Shown: positions 1 to 10,775 of the stretch, one piece after another
How positions within the stretch are numbered: position 1 is the stretch's first letter
How the letters are laid out: the number at the start of each line of letters is the position of its first letter
NCBI GenBank assembly: GCA_001275005.1
Contig: JWZX01003405.1
Location: forward strand, 1-60,146
DNA: 60,146 bases
DNA from: Chrysochromulina tobinii
Taxonomy: Eukaryota
Direction: 5' to 3'
Position numbers and translations under genes: made by a program
The notes under the pieces: model-generated
Told to the model about the DNA's origin: nothing
What the model saw: only the letters and a program-made list of their open reading frames with translations
Database searches by the model: none

Positions 1-476
1 CCGCCGCCGCCCGTCGTGGCGACGCCGCCATAGCCGCCACCACCGCCGCCGCCGCCGTAGCCGCCACCGCCGCCGCCGCCGCCGGTCACGCCGAATCGCT
101 GGTCAAATGCGCCCGGCTTGGTGCGCTCGATGAGGTCGCGCCCGCGTGGCGGCGGCGGCACTTGCAACTTGGTGCGTTCGAGCAGCTCGCCGCCCGTCGG
201 CGGCACCATGTCCCCATTCGCGTCCTTGAGCAAGTGGAGTTGTGTGACAACGTTGCCGTCGGCATTTCGGATGGGTTCACCCCCGCCGCCGCGCCGTACG
301 GGCTGCGTGCGCTCGCGCGCAACCTGCTCTTCCTCGCGGCGATCGCGAGCCTCCTGCTCGAGCTTTTCGCGGTCGCGCCGGCGCTTGTTGTTCGAAATCT
401 GTGCCTCGAGCTCTTTGGCGTAGGCCGAGTTCTGCTCATTGCGGCGCTGCCGTCGCAGGGCGCTCTCGTCGTCCAT
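1..476 (-). CDS. 5' part of a CSPP1-like centrosome/cilium coiled-coil protein with a Gly/Tyr-rich region; runs off the left edge
   Basis: Open minus frame from ATG at 476 to base 1, missing from the ORF track because it has no stop. Reads MDDESALRRQRRNEQNSAYAKELEAQISNNKRRRDREK...RRGGGGEPIRNADGNVVTQL...GGGGYGGGG. GGGGxPxRxxxGNxxT resembles the conserved CSPP1 motif. Confidence 0.5.
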   Translation of the reverse strand, partial: MDDESALRRQRRNEQNSAYAKELEAQISNNKRRRDREKLEQEARDRREEEQVARERTQPVRRGGGGEPIRNADGNVVTQLHLLKDANGDMVPPTGGELLERTKLQVPPPPRGRDLIERTKPGAFDQRFGVTGGGGGGGGYGGGGGGGGYGGVATTGGG

Positions 477-764
477 GCTAGAGGCTGCTTGGGCTGTCTC
501 GACACTTCTTTCCTCAGCGGCTGTGCGCTCCGCCACAGAGCTCAACCGTCCGATCGGCCCCTACGGAACTTCACGAGGGTCCGGGAGAGCTTTCGGACTT
601 GCTAGCTTGCTTCGCAGGTCATAGTCGGAACTAAAATATGCACGTCGATTGTAGTGTGGAGACTGAAAATGAAACCGCCGAACCCCCGGTGCACACTAGA
701 CCGGCGAAAGCGCCGCGTTCTCCGCGGCCGCCCGGTCCCGCTGCCGTCAGGCGTGGCGTCGCGC

Positions 765-1883
765 TCAGTTGATGGCGAGCGCACTCATCGTGGCCGTAAT
801 CTCGACGCGGCTCCAGAAAGCGATCTTGCCGTCGAGCGCGCTGGTCGAAAATTCGGCAGGCTGGCCCGCGAAACTCGATCCAAAGAGCTGGAGGCCGCAC
901 ACCTTATTCTGATGGATCGAGCCGAGGGTGACGTCGACGGCGCCGGCCTGGCCAGTGGTGGTGGATGCCGCCCACATGTTCTTGGCCGACGCGAAGTTGC
1001 TCACCTCCTTTTTGGCCTTCTTCTCGCCAGAGAGCTTGCCCATCACTTTCCAGCCTTCCGCCACGCGTGTGAAGAGGATGGGGTCGTAGCTGTGGCCCGC
1101 GCCCACCAGGCTGCCGTCGGGTAGGAAGATGATATTCGTGAGCGGCAGCTCGCTCATGCGCACCGTCTGCGTCGAGCCGCTCACCACATCGACGAAACTC
1201 ACCGTCGAGTTGTGCGAGCTGAAGGCGAATGTGTCGCCTGCGGGCGACCAGGCCACGCCACGCACCCAGCCGAGCGACTCGATCTCGAGGAACTGCGTGC
1301 CAAACTTGGGGTTATCACCCCAGGGCGTGCTGACCGCCTTGCCGTCCACGCTCTTCAGGTACGCCGAGTACACGCGGCACTTGAAGTCGGTGCACGCCGT
1401 CGCGACAACAGGCGTCGACGGGTGCCACGCGACGGCCGAGATGGTCGAGCGGTGCCCCTTGAGCATCTTGCTCACCCAAAAATTGTTCTCGGCCTCGAAG
1501 TAGCAGATGGGTACCGTCTTCGAGCCGGAGCCGACCGCAAACTTCTGCTCGTCCGCCGACCAATTCACCGACGTCGCCGCTGCCGCAATCCGCAGGATTA
1601 CGAGCATCGGCTTCCATTCGCCATTGGCCTCGAGGTTCCACACGTACGCGTTACGGTCCTGCGAGGTGGTGAGAATGCGATTGGTCTTGGGCGCCCACGC
1701 GACGTCGGTCACCAGCGCGTCGTGCTCCGCCAGCGTCGCCACGCGCTCCCACGGATCATCAGCGCTCGCAGGCACCCGGTATATGTTGACCACGTTCGAG
1801 TTCGGGCAGACTGCAACCATGGTGCGATCGGCATTCCACGCGTGGCACGTGATCTTGTCCTCGACGCGGCACTCGAGCACCAT
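765..1883 (-). CDS. ARPC1: Arp2/3 complex subunit 1 (p41-Arc), WD40 protein
   Basis: ITCHAWNADRTMVAVCPNS, DRNAYVW, WKPMLVILRI, NNFWVSK and FSTSALDG are typical ARPC1 motifs. Likely start is the ATG at 1883 (MVLECR), giving 372 aa. Confidence 0.95.
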   Translation of the reverse strand: MVLECRVEDKITCHAWNADRTMVAVCPNSNVVNIYRVPASADDPWERVATLAEHDALVTDVAWAPKTNRILTTSQDRNAYVWNLEANGEWKPMLVILRIAAAATSVNWSADEQKFAVGSGSKTVPICYFEAENNFWVSKMLKGHRSTISAVAWHPSTPVVATACTDFKCRVYSAYLKSVDGKAVSTPWGDNPKFGTQFLEIESLGWVRGVAWSPAGDTFAFSSHNSTVSFVDVVSGSTQTVRMSELPLTNIIFLPDGSLVGAGHSYDPILFTRVAEGWKVMGKLSGEKKAKKEVSNFASAKNMWAASTTTGQAGAVDVTLGSIHQNKVCGLQLFGSSFAGQPAEFSTSALDGKIAFWSRVEITATMSALAIN

Positions 1884-2088
1884 CGGAGCCTCAGGCAGCA
1901 GGAGCAGAGACGACCGTCTGCAGTGTCGGCACCGCCGCAGGCTCCATTCTTGGCTTGCCACGGTGTGAATGCGCCGTTCGGGGGATCCCAAAAGTTCACT
2001 CGCCCTTCCCACAGACTCAGCAGAGGTCACAGAGCCTCCGTGTCACATTTAGTACTGTACTGACACTGGTGTGGCTCCACGGTTCAGC

Positions 2089-3732
2089 CTAGTCCTCCTC
2101 TCCGCGGCCTCGGCCGCCAGCAGCAAAGAGCTCATCGGCATCGAGCTCGAGCGGTTGCTGCCGCTGCTGCCCGCCGCTCCCGCGCGGACGGCTCCTTCCG
2201 CTAGCGCCATCTACTGTCGCCTCGCCCTCGCCGCTCGCACCCGCCGCGCGCTCGCCCTCGGCGCTTGCTTGCTGCTTGCCGCGCACCTCGGCGCGCGCCG
2301 TCCGCTTCTGCATAGCCAGCTTACCGCGCAGGACCATGGTCGCCTCGCTGCGCCAGTCGGCGGGCGGCGCACGGACGCGCGCCATGCTCGCGGCGTACAT
2401 CTGCTTCGCGGCGTACGCGGCCGCGGGCCCAACGGAGCCGCGCCGCGCCGTCTTGCGCCATGCGGGTTCGGTCGCAAAGTTACTGAAGTACAGCCCGTGC
2501 AGCCCGCGCATTGGTGTGGATGCCAGAAAGGTCGCCGTGAGGGCCGCGCCGTCCACAGCCCCCAGCCGGCGGCGCAGCGACGCCGGCAGCCAGCGAAACC
2601 GTGACGGGCGCACGACATTCATCTCGATGTGCTCGCCCGTCGGCGTACGCACTGCAGGCAGCATCCGCGCGAGCTGCAGCGTCGCCAGCGTATTGGCCTC
2701 ATGAGCGCACCGGTAGGCCCTCCATCCAGAGTAGTTGAGCGGGCGCATGTACAGGCCTCTCAGCGCCGGCGGCGCGGCGCCTGGCTTGAACAGGCCGAGA
2801 CGCGCGTCCAGGCCGAGCGTGACGCAACGTCCGAGCGGTGCGGGGTAGGGCCGCGCCTGCAGCGGCTGCTCGTCGGGCGAGACGGCGTCGGCCTTCGCCG
2901 GAGTGCGCTTGCCTCCTCCGCCGCCGCCGCCCCTGCTGGCGCCACCGCCGCTGCTGCTGCTGCGAGCGCCGAGACGCTTGGCGAGGGCTGCACTCCGTCG
3001 CGCGTCGGCGCGCATGGTGCCTACCACCTGGTCGAGCAGCAGTTGGGTGAGTAGGAAGGGTCCCAAATGATTAGTCGCAGCGGTGCGCTCCCATCCGGGC
3101 GTGCCGTCGGGGTCGGGCGGTGCGTGGAAGATGGCGTGGTGATCGTCCGCACAATTGATGATGACGTGCAGCGGGCGGCCCTCTGCAAGGAAGCTCTCGG
3201 AAAAACGGTACACGCCCGCGGGCGACGAGAGGTCCAGCGGCCGCGCCTCACAACCAGCACGCCACTGGCCACTGCCGTCCTCGTCGGCCGCAGCGGCAGC
3301 ACCAGTGAGCGCATCGTCCTCACTGCCACTGCCCACCGCAGCGGTGGCTTGCATCTCCTTGGCACGCGCTTTGGCGTTCATTCGATCCACCCGGCGAACG
3401 GCGCGCTCTGGCCGCGCACAACCGAACACGACGCTCGCTCCCACGTCGACCAAACCCTCGGCCACGGCGAGCGCGGTCGCAGTGTCCTCTCCGGCGATGA
3501 CGAGAGCGTGGCGATGGGCGAGCAGCGAGCGTATCTCATCGGTGGTCAAGCCACCGCCCATGACGGGTGGCTGGTCAGCCGACTGAGTGCCAGTCGACGC
3601 GCCCGTGCGTGGGCCGAGTGGGCCGACAAATGTCGCTAGGATTGAGAGCGAGAGCGCGAGTTGCACGGCTGCCAGCATTACTGCCGTTCGACGCGCCACG
3701 CACCCACGCGCCACGATGCACCGATTGGCCAC
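2089..3732 (-). CDS. Short-chain dehydrogenase/reductase-like protein (RDH/WWOX-like) with degenerate catalytic motifs and an N-terminal hydrophobic segment
   Basis: LDLSS, PLHVIINCA and GWERTAATNHLGPFLLTQLLL match the RDH11-14/WWOX group. The TGxxxGxG motif reads AGEDTATA and YxxxK reads YRCAH. Confidence 0.75.
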   Translation of the reverse strand: MANRCIVARGCVARRTAVMLAAVQLALSLSILATFVGPLGPRTGASTGTQSADQPPVMGGGLTTDEIRSLLAHRHALVIAGEDTATALAVAEGLVDVGASVVFGCARPERAVRRVDRMNAKARAKEMQATAAVGSGSEDDALTGAAAAADEDGSGQWRAGCEARPLDLSSPAGVYRFSESFLAEGRPLHVIINCADDHHAIFHAPPDPDGTPGWERTAATNHLGPFLLTQLLLDQVVGTMRADARRSAALAKRLGARSSSSGGGASRGGGGGGGKRTPAKADAVSPDEQPLQARPYPAPLGRCVTLGLDARLGLFKPGAAPPALRGLYMRPLNYSGWRAYRCAHEANTLATLQLARMLPAVRTPTGEHIEMNVVRPSRFRWLPASLRRRLGAVDGAALTATFLASTPMRGLHGLYFSNFATEPAWRKTARRGSVGPAAAYAAKQMYAASMARVRAPPADWRSEATMVLRGKLAMQKRTARAEVRGKQQASAEGERAAGASGEGEATVDGASGRSRPRGSGGQQRQQPLELDADELFAAGGRGRGEED

Positions 3733-3936
3733 GCGGCAGCCGCTGGTTTATCGGTGGTCTCGAATGCGGACGCCAAAGCCCCTGGCGCAGAACATGTCAT
3801 GAAACGTCGAATTCGGAGGAATCATTTCCGCGCCATCAACACAAACTGATCATGAGGTTGTATGGACCGCGTGTGAAACCGCTGTTTCGGGCGCGGGCAG
3901 TAACGACCCTGCGTCCGACCCATTGCGGCCCCTTGA

Positions 3937-6899
3937 ATGGCCAACATGGCCAACATCACCCTACACGACCTCGCAGTAGGGCCGCCAAACAGCCCCGGTG
4001 GGCTCCACGCGGAGGCCTCCGCCCCATCGCTCCAGCCCGTGCTCGCGCTGATCACGCAAGGCCTCAACATGCACGCCACGCGCCTCGACGCACTTGCCCG
4101 AGCGCTCGCGCGCCTGGAGCGCGGCGCGTTGCAGCAGGTGGAGTCGGCGGAGATGGCGCGCGCCGAGGCGGAGCGGCGCGCAGCAGAAGCATACGCGCAC
4201 GCATCCGAGGCGTACGCGCGCGCCGAGGCTGCCGAGACACACGCCGAGGCGCAGTTGCAGGCGGCCGTCCAGGCGAGCGAGGGGCGCACAGCCGCCAAGC
4301 ACATAACGCTCGAACGGCGGCTCGCCGAGCTCGAGGCGCGGCTGGATACGCTGCCGCCGGCGCTCGAGGAGCTGCGCGGGCGCTCGTCGGCCCACGAGCT
4401 CGTGCTCGCCACGCACGAGCGCGAAATTGCCACCGAGCGCTCCGAGCGCACCGCCGAGATCAGCGAGCAACGCGAGGCGCATGCAGCCCTCTCGAGCCGC
4501 GTCGACCAGAGCAGGGCCGACGCGGCTGCGGCGCTGGCGGCAGCGCAGGAGTCCAACCACGCGGCGCACGCGCGCCTACGAGAGACGCTCGGCGAGCACG
4601 CCGAGCGTCAACGGCGAAATGAGGCGCGCACCAGCGCCGTCGAGGAGGCACTGCCACAGCATCAGGAGATGATCGAGGAGCTGCAGCAGGCGCACTCGAC
4701 TCTTCAGCGCGCGGTGACGGCCGAGGCGGCGGAGGCCGAGAAGACGCGTGCGCACATGGCGCAGCTCGCCACCGTGCAGGCCCAGCTTGAGCAGGCACAG
4801 GCACAGCTCTCCGACACCGTGCAGCTCGGCCTCGCGCGCGCCGTTGCAGCGGCCGAGACGATGCGTGACGACTCGGATCGCATCTCGTCCGCCCTCGCCG
4901 AGCTCGAGGGGTGGTCGCGCCGTCTCGAGCGGCTCGAGGTGGACTTGTCGGCGGCGGAGCGGCGACTCGACGGAGCCGCTGAGGAGCTCCGCCGGCAAGC
5001 TGCTTCGCTCGAGGGCGCCCAGCGAACCTCGATGCTCTCCGCCACCCAGCAGGTGCCCCGCCTAGCCGCGCCGCCTAGCCACCCCGCCTAGCCCTCTCCC
5101 TCACCCCGCTGGCGCACTCTGGCGCACTCTGGCGCCCTCTGGCGCCCTCTGGCGCCCGCTTTTGCTCCGTGCGGCGCTCATCCGCCCTCTCCCCTTGCCC
5201 TGGCGCTCATCCCCGTGCGCTCTCTCCGCGCGCCGCCGCCCCAGGTCGCGCTCCACGTCAAGGCTCTCTCCGGCGACCTGATCAAGGAGCTGCAGACCAA
5301 GGCGACGATCGAGGACAGCCAGCAACTCTTCGACGCGATCTACCAGCAGCTGCGTCAGCACAAGGAGATGCAGAAGACGCTGCTCCAGCGCATCGAGGCC
5401 CATGGCGTCCAGGCCGAGCAGCTCGCCCAGGAGTCGTCCACCGCCGCGCTTCAGGCTCAGGCGGCTCTTCGCTCCGCGGAGAGGGTGCGATCTCCCTTGA
5501 TCTTCGTTAATCTCCCTTGATTGCCCTTGATTGCCCTTGATTGCCCTTGATTGCCCTTGATTGGCCACCTTGAGCTCCTTCGCTTCGCGGTGAGGGTTCG
5601 CGAGCGAGGGTCACGAGTGGGTCGGAGTGTGAAACCGAGTGTGAAACCGAGTGCGACCGAGTGCGCCCGAGTGCGTCTGAGTGCGTCTGAGTGCGGTGCA
5701 TGCAGGTGCGTGAGGAGACGCACGAATGGGTCGGACGAGAGCTGACAGAACGGTTACGCGAGCGGCCGACGCGCGACGCCGTCCAGAACGCGGCCGCGGC
5801 CGCGGCCGAGGCGGCGCTGCGCGCGGCCCTCTCCGGCGATGAAGGATGGCTAGCGACGCAGCAGCAGCAGCTCGCCATCCAGGGCAAGCAGCTGCATGCG
5901 CAGCAGCAGGTGCTCGCGCAGACTTCCCACCAGGTGCAGCAATCAGCGAGCGATCTGAACGCGACCGTCGTGCGCACGGCCTCCCAAGCAGCGCAATCCG
6001 GCACGCAGCTCGCCCTGGGCGGCGGCGGGCTGGGCGGCGGCGGGCTCAACGTCATGCTCCAGCAGGTGCGCGAGCTCCTGATGATGACATCTGTGGACCT
6101 GATGATGACTGATGATGACCGCTGATGACCTCTGATGACCTTATGATGACATCTGAAATTGCCATGCCTGCAGGTGCGCGAGCTCCTCCTGCAGCCCCTC
6201 GAGGTCCGTCTCGAGGCGCTTGAGCTCGGCCGGCGGCGGCTTGAGGTCTATGTGGAAGAGGGCATGAGCGCGCGCTGGAAGGACCAGTTCCGGACGGACT
6301 TTTTGGGCAAGGATCTGGTGCTGCGCGATGCGATCCAGCTGCAGCTGCGCGACGAGCTGCGCGCGCTGCGTGTGCCTTCGCTCGAGCAACTCCAGTCGCT
6401 CCACGAGGCGCTGAGCCATCATATCCAACGGCTGCCCTCAATGTACCCAGGCTTCGGCACGCCACATGGCCGTTGGACTTGGACACGTGGCAAGCTGCGC
6501 GCCGCCAGCGGGCGCGCGCAGCCGCCGCTGCTCCCGTGGAACCAGGAGCGCCTCAACACAGCGCCCGACGTCTTCGGCTGGGTCGCCGACCGCGCCCACA
6601 TCGAGGTGCTGCAGAGCGGCATGTACGTGGTCGCGTGCGCCGTCTTCGTGCCTGGCGCACCCCCAGTAGGGGTCTCCATCAACGGTCAGACCGTGCTGCG
6701 CCGCGGCCCGCGGAGCGTCTCGTCGAGCCGGCAAGTGATCGACGCGAGCGGCCTCATCGCTGGCTCGTCGTTGCGCGACGTGGTCTCGCTCGCGCCCAAT
6801 TCGCGCGTCGCCATCAATTGCGAGGTCAATCTGGCCAGCCTCAACAGCGCGCAGATGCAGGACGCGCACGCCCTCCTCGAGATCAAGAAGCTCTGGTGA
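3937..6899 (+). CDS. Four-exon long coiled-coil protein with a C-terminal C1q-like beta domain (exons 3937-5052, 5245-5484, 5706-6065, 6174-6899)
   Basis: Four ORF pieces join in phase 0 across three GT-AG introns. The C-terminal RWTW...LPWNQERLNTAPDVFGW...SGMYVV resembles protist C1q-like domains. Confidence 0.75.
5053..5244 (+). other. Spliceosomal intron 1 containing a (ctctggcgc[a/c]) 10-mer array
   Basis: CAG|GTGCCC...CCCCAG|GTC; removal restores the frame; tandem 10-mers at about 5108-5157. Confidence 0.8.
5485..5705 (+). other. Spliceosomal intron 2 containing gattgccctt and gagtgcgtct 10-mer arrays
   Basis: AGG|GTGCGA...TGCAG|GTG; phase 0; contains in-frame stops. Confidence 0.8.
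6066..6173 (+). other. Spliceosomal intron 3 with ctgatgacc-type repeats, flanked by an 18-nt direct repeat
   Basis: gcaggtgcgcgagctcct spans both splice junctions (6062-6079 and 6170-6187). Confidence 0.85.
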
Positions 6900-7417
6900 G
6901 AGGGGACGGACGAGAACAAAGGTCAATGTGGCGCCCCATGACGCATGAGCGATGTGCATCGCATAGCACCACGTCCAGCATGCTGCGTTCATGTACAAGC
7001 AGTTATGAGGTACTATGTATGTGCGTATATCCTCATCTGATCTGACAGGCAGTATTAAGAAACATACTGGGATTTACGCATAAGGGCACGCACCCCTCTC
7101 GACGCCAAACTCGTCCGCGCTCGTCCCGCTAGATCTTCTGTCCGCGCGTCACCGCCGCGCGGGGCGCCCCCGCGTCGCCCCCCGGCGCCGCTCCGCGCGG
7201 CGGCCCGGGCCCGCTCCCCGTCGCGCGGTATCTCTCTACGCACTACGGCGAGTCGCGCAACCAAAGCCGTGTCGATGTGTGGTGGTATCATCGTATCAAG
7301 AACGAGAGGGGTCCCTTCAGCACTGTCGGGTAGCTTCTTCAGATAAAACTCTCTCGTTGCGTCAAGAACATCAAGATGCGCGCTACGTTTGTATCAGACC
7401 TTTCTTCTCAGCTCGTA

Positions 7418-8542
7418 CTACGTCCTTGTACAGTCCTTGTCCTTGTCCAAGTTGTGCAGAACATCTCGTGCCAGTCGCTTCACCTCCAGAACGCCAGAGT
7501 GAGTGAGCACTTGAACTTTAGCGAGGAGGTCAGGTGCATGCGCAAGCGAAGACGACGACACGCCAACCAGCGCCTTCAACGCACTCACTTGCTTATCACT
7601 GTCTCCATCAAGCACTGGAAGCAAAGCGCTTATGTGCGATTCCATGGTGGCTTTGGGCAGATACTTCGTAAAAATGTCAAGGGCCGAAGATGAGATATGA
7701 CAAAATGCCGACTTTGATCTCGAAAGGGCGTCCACGATCAGATCCAGGTGTTGTTCGCACCATTCTGATAGCGGCTCCATTGACAGTAGGATTAGCCATA
7801 CTACATCATCCAAAAAGGCGGCCAAATGAGGAACGAGAAGATCGAGGTGCTTACGCAGCACGCAATTGTCAAAGCGTATCAGCATGCCAAAGCTCTTCAT
7901 TGCGATTAAGGCAGGCGCCCGCGCATCCTGGTTCTCCACCGTCCTGAGCCACCAGGTCGTCACGCGCTGCTCAGGCGGCGGCTTGAGCTGAAGCGCGAGG
8001 ACGCGAGATTGCGCTTCTTGTCTAACAGCCGCCATCCACCCGCGACTGACGCATGCGACGCGACCCATCTGCTCCAGCGTCAAGAAGCTCACGATCTGCT
8101 CGACCATCTCAGGCAGGACGATCACCTCGCCGTAGACTGGCATGCCATCGTCTGAGACGTCTGCAGTCTTGAGAAACATCGTCTGGACGGCGGGTCGGTT
8201 GTCGAAGCGCGTTTTCTCCGTTTCGAATGCAGCTTGTAGACAATACGCCTTCGTAGAGATCGCAGACAGTAGCTCAGAATGTGCCTTGGTGAGCTTCAGA
8301 CCGGCACAGCGCCCAAGCGACTCATTCATTTCTTGCAGCACTCTCAGCAAGTCGTCGTCATCGAGGCGCGACACCTTACGCTCGGGCTCCGCGCTCGAGA
8401 GGCTTCCGAATTCTAGAGCCCGCTTGCTGCCGAGTGTGCCCAAGGGCGTCGACATGGGGGAGGATGCTGATGAGTACACGGCCTCAGTTCCAATTATGGT
8501 AAGAGGCCGAACGAGTGGCGATCGAGCTAGAGGATTCTGCAT
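7418..8542 (-). CDS. F-box protein with C-terminal HEAT/ARM-like helical repeats
   Basis: LPEMVEQIVSFLTLEQMGRVACVSRGWMAAV is an F-box. The C-terminal LLPVLDGDSDKQVSALKAL is HEAT-like. First ATG at 8542. Confidence 0.7.
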   Translation of the reverse strand: MQNPLARSPLVRPLTIIGTEAVYSSASSPMSTPLGTLGSKRALEFGSLSSAEPERKVSRLDDDDLLRVLQEMNESLGRCAGLKLTKAHSELLSAISTKAYCLQAAFETEKTRFDNRPAVQTMFLKTADVSDDGMPVYGEVIVLPEMVEQIVSFLTLEQMGRVACVSRGWMAAVRQEAQSRVLALQLKPPPEQRVTTWWLRTVENQDARAPALIAMKSFGMLIRFDNCVLRKHLDLLVPHLAAFLDDVVWLILLSMEPLSEWCEQHLDLIVDALSRSKSAFCHISSSALDIFTKYLPKATMESHISALLPVLDGDSDKQVSALKALVGVSSSSLAHAPDLLAKVQVLTHSGVLEVKRLARDVLHNLDKDKDCTRT

Positions 8543-8744
8543 CGTCCATGGTGTGGGATAACCGTCGGCTGTGACTACGCTGTCTCTTTTTCGGTGATCA
8601 CTTTTGTGGCTCAAGCGACAAGGTGTGAGGTCCCATTTGTGGTCCGCGGCCGTCTCGAAAAGGTAAAGGAATAAAAGGCGGGGGCCCTGCTTGGAGCCCT
8701 GCTCGAAAGCCTACCTAAGGAGTCTCAAGTCGCATGCTTCATGG

Positions 8745-10328
8745 TCATGCGCGCTTCAGAGGGTCGATCTCCACAAACGTCCGGGCGGGGCGTACCGCCC
8801 CAGCCGGCGATGCTCGCCGCAGGTACTCCCAGCAAACGAGTGAGCTCGACGTCTGCACGACCAGCGGCGGCGAGCCCGACTGTCGGCTCTGTCGTCGCTC
8901 GCGCTGGTTCTGAAGGTCAGCGTTCGCCGCAGCCTTGTGGTTGTGTGCGAGGAGGTGGTGAGAGGCAGGATACATTATAATGTACCCCGCCATCTGCTGT
9001 GCTCGAGGTGAAGAGGCGGGTCGCACAGCTAGAACTGATGGGCCAGGCAAGGACGGTGGCGGCGGCCTCGGCGACCATTCAGTCGGCCAGCGCTCAGCGG
9101 ATGGCGACGACGGCGATCCAAAGTCAATTGCTCGGGGAGTGATCTGCTCGGGAGCGGGAGATGTAATCTCGGAGTAATCTCGGGGGGTAATCTGCTCGGG
9201 AGCGGGAGGCGCAGAAGCCGTGCTCGCTCGCGCCGCAAGGCAGGAGTCCAGAAACCGGAGCGTGCCGTGGAGTTGCAGGACCCTGCGCACATCCACCGCC
9301 CTCGTGCCCTTTCGACTCGCCGCGCGGTAGAGCCCAAGCAGCCTCGGGAAGGCCAGCCCGCTGATGCCCAGCTCTGTGGCTGCCGTTGCGAAGATGGCGA
9401 GCCACTCAGCCTCGGAGAGGCTGTGGGGGAACGCCACCATGTGTGCATGCAAGGCGTCATTGGACGCGGACCTAGTACCGGCTTGCTCGTTGTGGACACG
9501 GAGAGCCGCCGCGGCAAGCATGCTCCCTGTGACCGGTAGACCGGTAGTAGAAACCTTAGTAGTAACCGGCGCCGCTCGACACGGCGCCGCTCGAGGTGCC
9601 ACGGCCGTTGGCAGCTCGGGCCCAGCAGCGGACAAGCGAGGCGCCTGTGACCCCTTCGGATGTGACCCTGGCTGCGGCAGAGGCGACGTTGCCGGCCGGT
9701 TGCTCGACCCGCCAGTGACGCCTTCCGCCGACGGGGGCGCGCGATGGAAGTACATGGGTGAATGGTTGGGCGCCGAGATGGGCGCGCGAGCAGCAAAGGG
9801 TTTCACTCTCGAGGTCAGCAGCTCGAGCAACTCAGGATGCCCATGCTGCTTGGCGTGCTGCCGTATGAAGAGCCGCACCTGGGCCGCTTCCTCGGGCGCC
9901 GTGTTGAGTCGATCACTGCAAGCGCTCATGAGCAGACTCGTTGCATTCGACTGGTTCTGTGCGTCCGTAGCTGTCGCGGCCAGAATACAGAGGCTCTCGA
10001 GTGCGCCTAGAGTACGGAGTCGCGTGAGCAGCACGGTGGGGTCCGTGAGGGCTCTGACGCCGTCTGCGAGACTCGAGAGCGCATTCGCGCGCTCTCGGTC
10101 GCCGCCTGCGATAATGGCGCTTATGCACAGGTCGGGAAAGGAGGTCTTGGGTGCTGGAGCGGCTGGCATTGCCTCGAGATCGGGCTCGAGCTTGGCGGGA
10201 ACTGTTATACCAAAGCCCAGAGCCGGTTTCCAGTTGGTATACCCTCGGATGATTTTGCCGTGCGCCATGGATTGCTGTAAGATTGTACTCCTGGCGATCG
10301 CATTCTCGCGGGGCTCTGGAGATGACAT
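8745..10328 (-). CDS. Hypothetical Pro/Ala-rich protein
   Basis: 527-aa ATG-initiated ORF with an internal PAPEQITPR duplication; no recognisable domain. Confidence 0.55.
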   Translation of the reverse strand: MSSPEPRENAIARSTILQQSMAHGKIIRGYTNWKPALGFGITVPAKLEPDLEAMPAAPAPKTSFPDLCISAIIAGGDRERANALSSLADGVRALTDPTVLLTRLRTLGALESLCILAATATDAQNQSNATSLLMSACSDRLNTAPEEAAQVRLFIRQHAKQHGHPELLELLTSRVKPFAARAPISAPNHSPMYFHRAPPSAEGVTGGSSNRPATSPLPQPGSHPKGSQAPRLSAAGPELPTAVAPRAAPCRAAPVTTKVSTTGLPVTGSMLAAAALRVHNEQAGTRSASNDALHAHMVAFPHSLSEAEWLAIFATAATELGISGLAFPRLLGLYRAASRKGTRAVDVRRVLQLHGTLRFLDSCLAARASTASAPPAPEQITPRDYSEITSPAPEQITPRAIDFGSPSSPSAERWPTEWSPRPPPPSLPGPSVLAVRPASSPRAQQMAGYIIMYPASHHLLAHNHKAAANADLQNQRERRQSRQSGSPPLVVQTSSSLVCWEYLRRASPAGAVRPARTFVEIDPLKRA

Positions 10329-10775
10329 GAGCGAGTGTGAGTGCGGTGGAAGAGGAGTACTTGCAGTGTTCTATATTGTGTTCTTGGAGCGTGCGTTCGG
10401 GTTCGCAGGCCTCGAGCGAGTATACGGACCGGGAGGAGAGATTGAGAGGTAGCGCGCGAGGTCGAAGTCAGGCAGCGTGAGCGGTGTCCGCGGGAGTCGT
10501 CGTCGCGCGGCGGCGCGCACAGCGCACACGCGGGTTCTTCTCGTCGGGGCCGAGGCAAAAAGGAGAGTCGTGTAACGGATTTTCTTGTAGTTTGTAGCGT
10601 CCCACTCGACTCGTCTTGCATGCAGTCGCCGCGCAACGCTCTCGTGAGCATGCCAAACCACATGCCCAGGAACAAAAACTCAGGGAGTCGGATCCCTCCG
10701 AAATGGATTCATATCATCTGACACAGTCCATGATTGAATCTGATTAGAGAATCAATTCCTGGAGTTGGAAGCGTA

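Noticed and set aside
5509..5560. Tandem repeats as a CRISPR array
   Set aside because: 10-nt units with no spacers, inside a spliceosomal intron, and no cas genes; the sequence is eukaryotic.
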